NCBI GenBank assembly: GCA_030524175.1
Contig: JAUNHC010000010.1
Coordinates: forward strand, 68,411-132,410
DNA: 64,000 nt
Reading direction: 5' to 3'
Source of the DNA: Eubacteriales bacterium
GTDB taxonomy: Bacteria; Bacillota; Clostridia; Lachnospirales; Lachnospiraceae
The position numbers and the translations under genes were made by a program. The stretch's first letter is position 1. The number at the start of each line of letters is the position of its first letter. The notes below the pieces were generated by a model. That model was not told where the DNA came from. It ran no database searches and was given only the letters and a program-made list of their open reading frames with translations. Below are positions 39,910-49,064 of the stretch, piece by piece.

Positions 39910-41235
39910 TTATTCAGTATCGGTCTGGAAATTATACTGAGTAACTGCCTCGTCCAGTGCTTCCTTCGGTTCCATTCCTGTCAGCACATTCTGGACTGCA
40001 GTTGCAAACTGGTTGCTCAATACTGCGTAATTCACAGATACCGGTCTGGACTGCGCTGTATTCCCAAGCTGATACTGGAATACATCAAGAGGCTCTTTGC
40101 TGAAAGCTTCAATTTCATTGAATGCAGACTGTCTTGCAGGCGGCATTGCATTTGCTTCATACATTCTCTTTCCTGCATCGGCACTTGTCATGAACTTGAT
40201 CAGCTCTGCGGCACCTTCTCTTTTCTCTTCCGCACAATTACCGGACATTGCAAAGGTCCATGAACCGCAGGCGGAAACTGCCTGTGAATCAGAGTCATAT
40301 TTTGCCATAGGCATAAGGCCCCAGTTTATATCGTATTTAGCCAGGTTTCCCGGTTCCCAGGATCCGGAAACTGCCATTGCACACTGGCCCAGGCCAAAGC
40401 AATTATCAGCCGGTGTGGCACTGGCATATCCCTTGTCAACCATTTCTTTGATCCATGTCAAAGTATTTACTGCTGCGTCTCCGTTGAGATATCCTTCCGC
40501 CTTCTCTCCTGCATCGTCAATGACATTGCTGTTCTGAGACTGGATCAGCGGCAGGAAAAAGTAAATAAGAGTTTCGTCCTTAGAGCCTAAAGACATTGTG
40601 AGACCGTAGCAGTCCTCTGTGGTAAGTTTTTCCGCCGCCTGGGTCAAATCCTCAAGTGTCCACGGATTTTCCTTTGTTGCCGGTGTGATCCCTGCTTCTT
40701 CAAACATATCTTTATTGTAGAAGAGTCCTACAGAGGAATCCATAGCGCCCAAAGTGTAGAGCTTACTGTCATAAGTGCCCTGCTGGATGATCGACGGGTT
40801 GAAATCCTTCAAATCGTCCTCCTGAAAATAATCACCGATAGGAACAATTGCCTCAGCCTCTGCATATTTTGCTACCGTAACTCCATCTACCGTAAATACG
40901 TCAGGAAGACCGCCGTTGCTGATTGCAGCATTGACCTTATCATCATAACCGCCTGCATCCCCGCTTCTGGCGATCTGAGTGAGTTCAGCGTGGTATTTTC
41001 CCTGGTTCTGCTCATTGAATTCCTCTACCAAAGCTTTGTATAACTGTCCTTCCGCACTGTCTGTCTCGTGAACCCAAATAGACAATTCCTGAGCACCGTC
41101 TGCTCCGTCCTCTGCCTTAGCTGTATCTTCTGTATTTGCATCTCCTTTACTGCTGTTTCCACTGTCTCCGCAGCCCGCCAGCAGGCTTCCTGCCATAACT
41201 GCCGCCAATGTGATACCTAATAACCGTTTCTTCAT
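39910..41235 (-). CDS. Carbohydrate ABC solute-binding lipoprotein
   Basis: Lipobox LLAGC, FYNKDMFEEAG. Confidence 0.92.
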   Translation of the reverse strand: MKKRLLGITLAAVMAGSLLAGCGDSGNSSKGDANTEDTAKAEDGADGAQELSIWVHETDSAEGQLYKALVEEFNEQNQGKYHAELTQIARSGDAGGYDDKVNAAISNGGLPDVFTVDGVTVAKYAEAEAIVPIGDYFQEDDLKDFNPSIIQQGTYDSKLYTLGAMDSSVGLFYNKDMFEEAGITPATKENPWTLEDLTQAAEKLTTEDCYGLTMSLGSKDETLIYFFLPLIQSQNSNVIDDAGEKAEGYLNGDAAVNTLTWIKEMVDKGYASATPADNCFGLGQCAMAVSGSWEPGNLAKYDINWGLMPMAKYDSDSQAVSACGSWTFAMSGNCAEEKREGAAELIKFMTSADAGKRMYEANAMPPARQSAFNEIEAFSKEPLDVFQYQLGNTAQSRPVSVNYAVLSNQFATAVQNVLTGMEPKEALDEAVTQYNFQTDTE

Positions 41236-41304
41236 TTTCTGATCCTCCCTGATTTTCTCTGTTTTCACTTTTGGGGTTTTATTTTTCTTTGATTGCTTCG
41301 TGTT

Positions 41305-41446
41305 TTGAAACGTTTCAACTTATTTCATTTTTTTATGCACCATCTTGATTCCAGGTGCATTTAGTAAATTACTTTTTAGGCTATTCATAATTTGAATCGT
41401 TTCAACTTTATGAGCTTATTATATATTTGAAATTTGCTAATGTCAA
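41305..41446 (-). promoter_or_regulatory. Fructan operon promoter with two LacI-type operators
   Basis: TTGACA(41441-46)-17 bp-TATAAT(41418-23); palindromes TTGAAACGTTTCAA (41305-18) and TTGAATCGTTTCAA (41392-405). Confidence 0.8.
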
Positions 41447-41530
41447 TAGTGATAGGCACAATTTTTTGCGTGCGTGACATTTTCAGTTATTTCTCATAAA
41501 TTTATTATTACAATTTTATGGGAATTACAC

Positions 41531-41576
41531 AAAAAAAGAAGCCTTAGACTCTTAGTTAAGAGCAGCGCTTCTTTTT
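41531..41576. terminator. Terminator-like hairpin downstream of the kinase operon
   Basis: AAAAAGAAGC ... GCTTCTTTTT inverted repeat. Confidence 0.45.
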
Positions 41577-41600
41577 AAGCATACTGAGATTCGCAGTTTG

Positions 41601-42824
41601 TTATTCCCCTGCCTCCTCGTAAGATCTCTCCCAAATCTCTGCAAAAACAGCCAGGGGACAGTCTGTGAGAAGACACATCAATAAAAATGATTCATATGGA
41701 TTTACTATGTATATTTCACTCATACCGCAACTCTGGAGGATTTCCTGTATTTCCTCCAGAAAATGCCTGTATCTTGTATACGGGTCCTCATCCTCCATCT
41801 CCTGTGACACGATAAAAAATTCCAGGGTTATGAGATCGAACCGTTCCACAGGGAATTTGTGGTTGAGAATATTGGTGATCCTCTGCCTGCTGAAACGCTT
41901 CTGGCTGAAATGGCGGGCCAAAATAGAGGCCGACATTTTTTTCAGATTTCCCATCTTATTAATGGGGATCCCGCTGCAGATTACCTTTTCCACATCCGAG
42001 GGAGTAATATTCTCCGCTTTCCACAATTTATTCCTGCCCTTTTCTTCCTCATCTTTCTGGTACATTGCCGCAATGATTTCCTTTGCCCGGTACAAAAGCT
42101 TCAAAAATTCCTGGAAGGCCTGGCTTTTCTCTGACCTGGGATCATCTCTCCCCGCCTTCAGATACGCCAGATAAGTAAAGAGCTTCTCCTCGCTGTCAAG
42201 GCATAAACCGCCTCCGTAAATCATAGAAGCCGGGCGAGGTTCCTGGGCAGGGGGTAATTCTTCATATCTTTTCCTGTATTCTTCAGCCTTATAATATCCA
42301 TACTGACGGCAAAAACAATACCAGTAAATGACCTCCTCAGGATTATGGAAGTCAAAATCTTGCTCCCGGAGAACTCTTGTAAGGAAATCCGACACATCCT
42401 CAGAGCTCATCCTGAGTCCGAAGCCCAGCAGAAAAACAGTCTCACGCTTCACAGATGCCTGATTCAGCCAGTTGTTCACAAGGGAGGCAAGCTTGGCAGA
42501 GGTAGGATTCATAGATTTCGGTGTACAGGTTTCCTTGAAGGATTCCAGCACAATATCTCTGTAAATCTCATTAGTAACTTCTCCAAAGGGCTCCTCAAGC
42601 CCTGCCCTTTCATACACATAACGTTTCAGATGATCTCCGAAAGACACCAGTTCCATTTCCTTATAGAGATAATGAAAAATCACATCCGCATCTTCATCCT
42701 CAAAACTCTCCAGGCTTACAACCTGCCTGAATTTCTGAGCAGCTCTTCTTGTAAACTCAAAGTCCTTTACCGCGTCAAAGGCCACAGTCTGCTCAAAATC
42801 CAAATCCTGCATTCGGTTTTTCAT
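41601..42824 (-). CDS. Hypothetical protein with two HTH-like repeats ending in NPxE
   Basis: 407-aa ORF overlapping the PP2C stop; internal repeat RETVFLLGFGL...HNPEE / RFDLITLEFF...VNPYE. Confidence 0.7.
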   Translation of the reverse strand: MKNRMQDLDFEQTVAFDAVKDFEFTRRAAQKFRQVVSLESFEDEDADVIFHYLYKEMELVSFGDHLKRYVYERAGLEEPFGEVTNEIYRDIVLESFKETCTPKSMNPTSAKLASLVNNWLNQASVKRETVFLLGFGLRMSSEDVSDFLTRVLREQDFDFHNPEEVIYWYCFCRQYGYYKAEEYRKRYEELPPAQEPRPASMIYGGGLCLDSEEKLFTYLAYLKAGRDDPRSEKSQAFQEFLKLLYRAKEIIAAMYQKDEEEKGRNKLWKAENITPSDVEKVICSGIPINKMGNLKKMSASILARHFSQKRFSRQRITNILNHKFPVERFDLITLEFFIVSQEMEDEDPYTRYRHFLEEIQEILQSCGMSEIYIVNPYESFLLMCLLTDCPLAVFAEIWERSYEEAGE

Positions 42825-43654
42825 GATACATCACCTTCACTAATAACTTTCTTATGCCGTTTAAATAACATTCTCAGCGGATTCTTTTCTTCATGGTCAG
42901 ACACCTGGCAGAGAACAATCGTAACATTGTCCTTTCCGCCCTTTTTCAGAGTACGTTCCAGCAGAAGCTCCACAGTCTCACCAACAGGAATCTCCCTTGT
43001 AAGAATATCTGCGATCTCACCGTCCGACAGCATATCTGTCATTCCATCAGAACAGAGAAGATAACGGCTTCCGCTTATATAATCCAATTGCGTCACATCC
43101 GGGTCCAATGCTATCTCATCATTGGGAATCCCCAGATATTGGGTGAGAGGTGCCTTTCCAAACATATTCGCCTTTACCACATGATCCGTAGAAATCTGCC
43201 GGAACTGTCCCTGAAATGATTGGTAAATACGGCTGTCGCCTAAATTACAGATATACACAGATCCCGGGGTAAAAGCAGCCATAGCCATGGTGGTTCCCAT
43301 ACTTCTGACCTTATTTTCTGCACCGTATATACAAATAGCTTCATTCATACTGAAACAGGCGTCCTCCAAGAACTGTCCCGGATTCTTTTTCAGCCCTTTC
43401 TTATTCATACTGTAATATCTGCCGAACTCCTCCGCAGCCAAAAAGGCTGCTATCTCGCCGCAGCTCTCCCCGCCCATGCCGTCAAAGACGGACAGAACAG
43501 GCAGCCTGGTATTATGTACGCTTCCGGAATGAACACCTTCAATCCCCTGGTTCTCTGCAGGAAGTGTTTCTCCGCAGCACCAGAAATTGTCTTCATTGTT
43601 GGCCCGTACATTACCAATATGGCATGTATATGCATAATCAATCTGATAGGACAT
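42821..43654 (-). CDS. PP2C/PPM family Ser/Thr protein phosphatase
   Basis: GNVRANNED, VFDGMGG, GTT, NLGDSRIY, LCSDGM, GGKDNVT. Confidence 0.93.
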   Translation of the reverse strand: MSYQIDYAYTCHIGNVRANNEDNFWCCGETLPAENQGIEGVHSGSVHNTRLPVLSVFDGMGGESCGEIAAFLAAEEFGRYYSMNKKGLKKNPGQFLEDACFSMNEAICIYGAENKVRSMGTTMAMAAFTPGSVYICNLGDSRIYQSFQGQFRQISTDHVVKANMFGKAPLTQYLGIPNDEIALDPDVTQLDYISGSRYLLCSDGMTDMLSDGEIADILTREIPVGETVELLLERTLKKGGKDNVTIVLCQVSDHEEKNPLRMLFKRHKKVISEGDVS

Positions 43655-44459
43655 GCTCTACCTCTTCCGTTTTCGATTTTAATTTTGATTCTTCATAAAA
43701 TGATGTTTTATATTCAGGATTACTATTTATTCCCTCAGCAACACTGGCTGTGTTCTGCTCTGCTTTAGACATTAGAAGCTGTGTCTCTGCCTTACTCAGG
43801 TATTTCTCTCCCCGCTTAACAAATTCGCTGTTGTCTGTCTCATTGTCATGGCAAACTTTCTGGCTATCAATCCATCGGATCAGCTTTCCCTCGTCATAAT
43901 AATAAAGATTTGGCTCCTTGCCGCTTTCCCAGATATATGCAAAAAATACTTCTTCATCCCAATAATAATATTCCTCATAAACATTATCTTCTGACTGTGA
44001 AGGATAAATAAGTGCCTTCATAAGCTGGTTCTTATCAGGATCCGTATAATAAATTATATCTCCTTCCATTCCCTGCCAGCTGTATTCATTCAAATTATTT
44101 ACTATAGTTGTTGCGTGTTCCTTGATTTCCTGGATAGCCTTACTAAACTCATCAGATGCCTCACCATTTTGGCTGTAGCTCTGATCTCCCATAATGTGAA
44201 CCATTTCTGCCTGCTGTGTGTCTGAATCTTCATCCAACAGCAATTTTATGTAAACCCCTGTTATAATACAAGCAGCAACTGCCACCACTATAACTGCTAC
44301 CGTCCACGGGGAAACTGTCTTCTTTTTTCTTCTTCGCCTGACAGGCTGAGAGCCTCTTTGAGGAATAGAAATCCTCTGCTGAATGCTTGTACCGCTGCTT
44401 TGGACAACATCTTTGTCCGGCTGTGTCTTTTGAACCTGTGTTTTTTGAGCCTTTGTAAA
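43638..44459 (-). pseudogene. Out-of-frame C-terminal part (linker, basic patch, TM, extracellular domain) of the Ser/Thr kinase
   Basis: +1 frame is open from ~44565 to 43638 and reads ...RRRRKKKTVSPWTVAVIVVAVAACIITGVYIKLL...; no RBS or plausible start of its own. Confidence 0.65.
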
Positions 44460-45651
44460 TCTGGCCTCCCTGTGTATGACCTTTCTGTATCCGGCCTGCC
44501 TGTAGCTGGCTGTTTTGAGCCGTTGATTTTGTCACCTGCGTGGCCTGAGCCTGCCCATTGCTTATATTCCCGCTGCCGTTCTCCTGTGTTTTACCGGAAG
44601 TATAAGGGGGAAGCCCCCATGCCTTGGCCGCCCAGTTCTCTGGAGATGTTCTCTGGACATTCTGCACCGGAGTCTCTGACCCTGAAGCAGGTTCCCGGCC
44701 CACACCCATTAAGTCATCAATGACTCCCTGAGGCAGGATACCTCTCTGAAGATCCTCCAAATCCTGACGGAACTCACTTGCATCCTGATACCGTTCCTCA
44801 GGCTTGTAAGCACAGGCTTTCAGTATGATGAGAGAAAAACCCTCTCCTGCATCAGCCGGTTTTGACAATGCTTCTCCCGACATCCTTCTTGCCAGTGCAT
44901 TCTCCTTGTCTCTATATGTGATCAGCTGCTTTTCCAGATTGACAAAAGGCAGTCTGTTATGATTCATCAGTTTATACAGTACAATACCCAGGGAATAGAT
45001 GTCCACTCTGTTGTCATACTGCTCCCCCCGGTACATCTCCGGCGCCATATAGGAATAAGTTCCCTTTTTGGAAAGGCCGCTCATGGTTCTCTCCAATTCT
45101 CTGGCAATGCCGAAATCACCGATTTTGAATTCCCCGAAACGGGATACAAAAATATTCTCCGGCTTAATATCCCTGTGGATGATATTCAGCTGCCTGCAGT
45201 GCTCCAATGCCTTGCACAGATCAACTCCCAGCTGAATCACTTCCATTTCTGAAAGACTCTTTTCCGTACAGTAATCCATAAAACTGGTGAGATATTCCAT
45301 ACGTATGTAAATATCCCAGCCAATCTCATCAAGATACTCCACCACTTTAAAATCCTCGACAGAAACAACATGAGAATTGCCCCGGAAATGCTCCATTGTA
45401 CTGACTTCCTGAATACATTCCTCCATCAGTCCATGAAAATACTCCCTGGCTGAGCTTTCATCAGCTGTCTCTGAACGTACACTGTTCAACTCACTTTGGC
45501 TGGCAGGGATGGTGATGATCTTAATTGCGGAGTAAAAGGTCTTGCCTTGCTCACACCGCTGGGCTTTATATACTCTTCCGAAAGAGCCCTCGCCGATTTT
45601 CTCAATAATCTTCCATTCCGGCCAGACAGAAACCGGCATTTCCTTATCCAT
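44230..45651 (-). CDS. Hanks-type Ser/Thr protein kinase (frameshift-truncated as sequenced)
   Basis: IGEGSFGRVY, AIK, HRDIKPEN, DFG, GTYSYMAPE, DIYSLG. Confidence 0.9.
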   Translation of the reverse strand: MDKEMPVSVWPEWKIIEKIGEGSFGRVYKAQRCEQGKTFYSAIKIITIPASQSELNSVRSETADESSAREYFHGLMEECIQEVSTMEHFRGNSHVVSVEDFKVVEYLDEIGWDIYIRMEYLTSFMDYCTEKSLSEMEVIQLGVDLCKALEHCRQLNIIHRDIKPENIFVSRFGEFKIGDFGIARELERTMSGLSKKGTYSYMAPEMYRGEQYDNRVDIYSLGIVLYKLMNHNRLPFVNLEKQLITYRDKENALARRMSGEALSKPADAGEGFSLIILKACAYKPEERYQDASEFRQDLEDLQRGILPQGVIDDLMGVGREPASGSETPVQNVQRTSPENWAAKAWGLPPYTSGKTQENGSGNISNGQAQATQVTKSTAQNSQLQAGRIQKGHTQGGQIYKGSKNTGSKDTAGQRCCPKQRYKHSAEDFYSSKRLSACQAKKKKEDSFPVDGSSYSGGSCCLYYNRGLHKIAVG

Positions 45652-45687
45652 ACGTTCCCTCCCCTCTTGTACTTTTCAAAATCCAAC

Positions 45688-45849
45688 ACTCGCTCTACGG
45701 CTCGTTCCTCTTCTGGAACCTGCTTGACCTTACGGTCAATCAGTAGCGAATAACAACTCGCTCTACGGCTCGTTCCTCTTCTGGAACCTGCTTGACCTTA
45801 CGGTCAATCAGTAGCGAATAACAACTCGCTCTACGGCTCGTTGTTATTC
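45688..45849. repeat. 68-bp exact tandem repeat (2 full + 1 partial copy) with internal hairpins
   Basis: Copies start at 45688, 45756 and 45824; terminal GAATAACAAC..GTTGTTATTC hairpin. Confidence 0.85.
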
Positions 45850-46040
45850 TTCATTATACTTAAATTCTAGCATAAATGGTAGGTTTTCCTGTATTTTTCT
45901 TTTGCTATCCAGAAATTCCCTGACCAATAACCCCATAAATCAACATAAAACGGTCGGCGTGTGAACCGGGTATGCTGCTGTCTTATAGCGAAAAATGCTG
46001 CCAGACAGCAATAATGCACTGTCATGGCAGCATACCAATA

Positions 46041-46838
46041 TTATTTGTCCCTGTATTCTTCTAAATTCCCGATCATAAACTCAGCCCAGCTGTAATCACT
46101 TAAATAGTCATGGCGATAGCTGTTAACTGCCCTGGTGTTGCCTTCTATAAAAAGATAACTGTCACATTCAAACTGTGAGGTATCCACTGCCAGGCTGTTG
46201 CGGCTGCGCACTAAAAGTCCTTCAATCCCGGCGGCTTTCAGTGTCCTGCGCAAATCTAAAACAATACTTTGAAAGTAATTCTTGCGTTTCCTGTCATAGG
46301 GCTGCTCCTCCCAAAGTATTGCGCATGCCTGAGGTGTAGTGATCGCCGCCCCGCGTTTATTCACAAGATAAGCAAGCAGCTCCTTGGATTTTGCCCTGGT
46401 AAAGCGCAGAGGTTTTTCATCTACAAATACGGCAAAGCCTCCGAATGTCTGAATACGGATTTTCTTTTTACAGCTCTGTGAAATATCACCGTATATAAAT
46501 TCTAACTCCCGCCGTATATCTTCCGCTGTAACAGGCTTCAGTAAATATCCGGCGGCGTGTATCTGAAACGCCCTCAACGCATAATGCTCGTAGCTGGTAA
46601 CCAAAATAATATGTACTTTAGGCTGAATATCCTTAATCTCCTTTGCAAGAATAAGCCCATTCATGCTTCCCAGTTCAATATCAATAAAAGCCACATCTAC
46701 CGCATTATTCCCGGCATACTCCAATGCCTTGCCGGGCAATGTAAAGCTTATTAACTCACAGTCCGGCTGAGCCTCGAGCAAGGATTCCTCCAAATCCTTT
46801 AATACCAATGCTTCATCATCCACCGCAAGAATTTTCAT
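46041..46838 (-). CDS. Response regulator (receiver + SARP-like winged helix)
   Basis: AVDDE, FIDIEL, YLLKP receiver; IQTFGGF...KSKELLAYLV output domain. Confidence 0.85.
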   Translation of the reverse strand: MKILAVDDEALVLKDLEESLLEAQPDCELISFTLPGKALEYAGNNAVDVAFIDIELGSMNGLILAKEIKDIQPKVHIILVTSYEHYALRAFQIHAAGYLLKPVTAEDIRRELEFIYGDISQSCKKKIRIQTFGGFAVFVDEKPLRFTRAKSKELLAYLVNKRGAAITTPQACAILWEEQPYDRKRKNYFQSIVLDLRRTLKAAGIEGLLVRSRNSLAVDTSQFECDSYLFIEGNTRAVNSYRHDYLSDYSWAEFMIGNLEEYRDK

Positions 46839-46840
46839 AA

Positions 46841-48121
46841 TTATTTTTCTCCTTTAGGAATAGAAATAACAACAGTAGTTCCGATTCCACGAACGCTATG
46901 GATTTCTATTTTGCCCTTACACAAAATTTCAAGGCGCTCCCGTACGTTCTGGATTCCTATATGGCTGCGGCCATCCTTTACATCCCCAGAATCAAATCCA
47001 ACACCGTCGTCCTCAACACTAATCCGATATTCCTCTTCTGTTTCCACAGTACAGACTGTAACCGTACCACCCTCCTCACGTCTGAGTACGCCATGACGAA
47101 CAGCATTTTCTACAATTGGCTGCAAGGTCAGGGGCGGTACGAAAAAGTCTACAGTGCTAATATTATAAACCACTTTAAGTCTGCTCTGAAACCTTCTACC
47201 TTCCAGTTCAAGATAGTTTTTAGCGTAAAAAAGCTCCTGTTCAAAGGGGATTGGCTCTTTACTTTTAAGAAATTCCATGTTGGCCCTGAGAAATAATGAA
47301 AATTCCCGAATAGCCTGTTTCGCCTCTTTTGGGTCCACATCACAGAGCTGACGGATAGTTGTAAGGGTATTATAAAGAAAATGAGGCTGAATCTGACTGA
47401 GCATGATTTCAATACGCGAGTCTGCCAGTTCCCTCTCCTGCTGCTGTATGACTAACTCTCTCTCCCACTGAATATTGACAAAAATCAACAACAGATTAAC
47501 GGTTATCGCAGCATTTAAAAGGGCCACTCCATAATTTGCAATCTGTATCACCTCGGCTGCTACAGGTAATATAATATAACTCAGCAGACACCAAAAGTCT
47601 CTGGAACGCTGGTATTTTCTGTAGATGATCACTATTGATACGCCAATAAAATATAAAACAAAAGGAATGAACTGAGACATCCAGAACCACTTACCTCTTA
47701 TATAAATATTATCCTTATTGAAATAGTAAAACATACCGTTAAACTGAGACAGGATAATTAAGACGGCATGTACAGCTGCAAGTACCACTGATACTCTCCA
47801 AAAAGTTTTATACACCTTCACTTTTGCAGAAAGATATTCAATAATATATGCTGTAAATGCAAGCAGCAATGGCGCAGAACAAATATAAAAAATGAACATA
47901 CCAAGGCGGAGCAGTACCGGAAACCATGGATATCTATATCCTTCACAAGTCCAGTTTGCAACATCACCCAATAACATCCCTATATTAAACAAAGACATAT
48001 AAATATATAAACGGTTCAGACGGATACGCTGCCTGTTTCCTATCATAAGATAGAGTACCGGGATAAGACAGATAATGATGCTGAATATGTCCAATGTCAC
48101 ATTAATCTGCTGCAATGTCAC
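46841..48121 (-). CDS. Multi-TM sensor histidine kinase (LytS/YesM-type kinase core)
   Basis: ~7 TM N-terminus; SQIQPHFLYNTL, LQPIVENAVRHG, DDGVG, GIQNVRERL. Confidence 0.9.
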   Translation of the reverse strand: MTLQQINVTLDIFSIIICLIPVLYLMIGNRQRIRLNRLYIYMSLFNIGMLLGDVANWTCEGYRYPWFPVLLRLGMFIFYICSAPLLLAFTAYIIEYLSAKVKVYKTFWRVSVVLAAVHAVLIILSQFNGMFYYFNKDNIYIRGKWFWMSQFIPFVLYFIGVSIVIIYRKYQRSRDFWCLLSYIILPVAAEVIQIANYGVALLNAAITVNLLLIFVNIQWERELVIQQQERELADSRIEIMLSQIQPHFLYNTLTTIRQLCDVDPKEAKQAIREFSLFLRANMEFLKSKEPIPFEQELFYAKNYLELEGRRFQSRLKVVYNISTVDFFVPPLTLQPIVENAVRHGVLRREEGGTVTVCTVETEEEYRISVEDDGVGFDSGDVKDGRSHIGIQNVRERLEILCKGKIEIHSVRGIGTTVVISIPKGEK

Positions 48122-48142
48122 ACCCCCTTTATATGTTTTTGT

Positions 48143-48210
48143 ATTATAATAGAATTCCCTGTAAATTTCAGCACTTCTGCAAAACTGGGCAGAAACATGT
48201 CAAAACTGGG
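48143..48210 (-). promoter_or_regulatory. Promoter of the two-component system with a 21-bp-period direct repeat
   Basis: TATAAT at 48143-48 (minus), weak -35 CTGAAA; CAAAACTGGG at 48180 and 48201. Confidence 0.55.
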
Positions 48211-48317
48211 AATTCTAAATTTTGCATTTTTATTCAATGGAAACGGAACACCGCACAGAACGTGCGGTTTTCTCCGCATAGAACAGATAATAGATGTAAA
48301 AAAACATTGGATACGGA

Positions 48318-49055
48318 TTATATCATTCCGCCGTCAATACAGATCACTTGCCCTGTTATATAAGCTGCCTTTTCTGAAGCGAGGTACGCCACCAGATCAG
48401 CCACTTCCTCCGGTTCCCCTATACGGCCCATGGGAACCGTATTAATTGCCTTGGTTAAAATCTGTTCCGGTACAGCAGCAGCCATATCTGTCCGTATAAA
48501 TCCCGGGGCAACAGCATTCACGGTAATACCTTTACGTGCCAGTTCCTTAGCTGCTGTTTTTGTAAGACCTATAATTCCTGCCTTGGAAGCAGCATAATTA
48601 GCCTGTCCTGCATTTCCTGTAATACCTGTCACTGAAGTTATGTTAATTATCCGTCCTTCTTTCTGTCGCACCATCTGACGGGCAGTATACCGGATAGTAT
48701 AGAAGGTCCCCATCAAGTTCGTTTCAATAACCTTACTGAAGTCCTCCTGTGTCATCCTGGCCAACAGTCCGTCCCTCGCAACTCCTGCATTATTCACAAG
48801 TATATCAAGCCTTCCGTAACGTGCAATAAGCCCATCCACCATGCTCCGGACAGCTTCATGATCCGACACGTCACAGCATATGATTTCTCCTGTCCCCTGC
48901 TTCTCCTGTATCAGCCGGAGTGTCTCCAGTGCTGCCTCCCGGGAACTTTGGTAATTTACTGCAACAACAGCCCCTTCTTTTGCCAGTGCAAGAGCAATGG
49001 CCCTGCCGATTCCTTTCCCTGCTCCTGTTACAAGAGCCACTTTTCCAACTAACAT
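48318..49055 (-). CDS. fabG: 3-oxoacyl-ACP reductase (KR), cluster-specific paralog
   Basis: TGAGKGIG, NNAG, YAASK, VNAVAPGFIRT. Confidence 0.9.
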   Translation of the reverse strand: MLVGKVALVTGAGKGIGRAIALALAKEGAVVAVNYQSSREAALETLRLIQEKQGTGEIICCDVSDHEAVRSMVDGLIARYGRLDILVNNAGVARDGLLARMTQEDFSKVIETNLMGTFYTIRYTARQMVRQKEGRIINITSVTGITGNAGQANYAASKAGIIGLTKTAAKELARKGITVNAVAPGFIRTDMAAAVPEQILTKAINTVPMGRIGEPEEVADLVAYLASEKAAYITGQVICIDGGMI

Positions 49056-49064
49056 AATGTCCTC

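Noticed and set aside
45688-45849. Possible CRISPR array
   Set aside because: The sequence between repeats is identical (no unique spacers), only ~2.3 units, and no cas genes nearby
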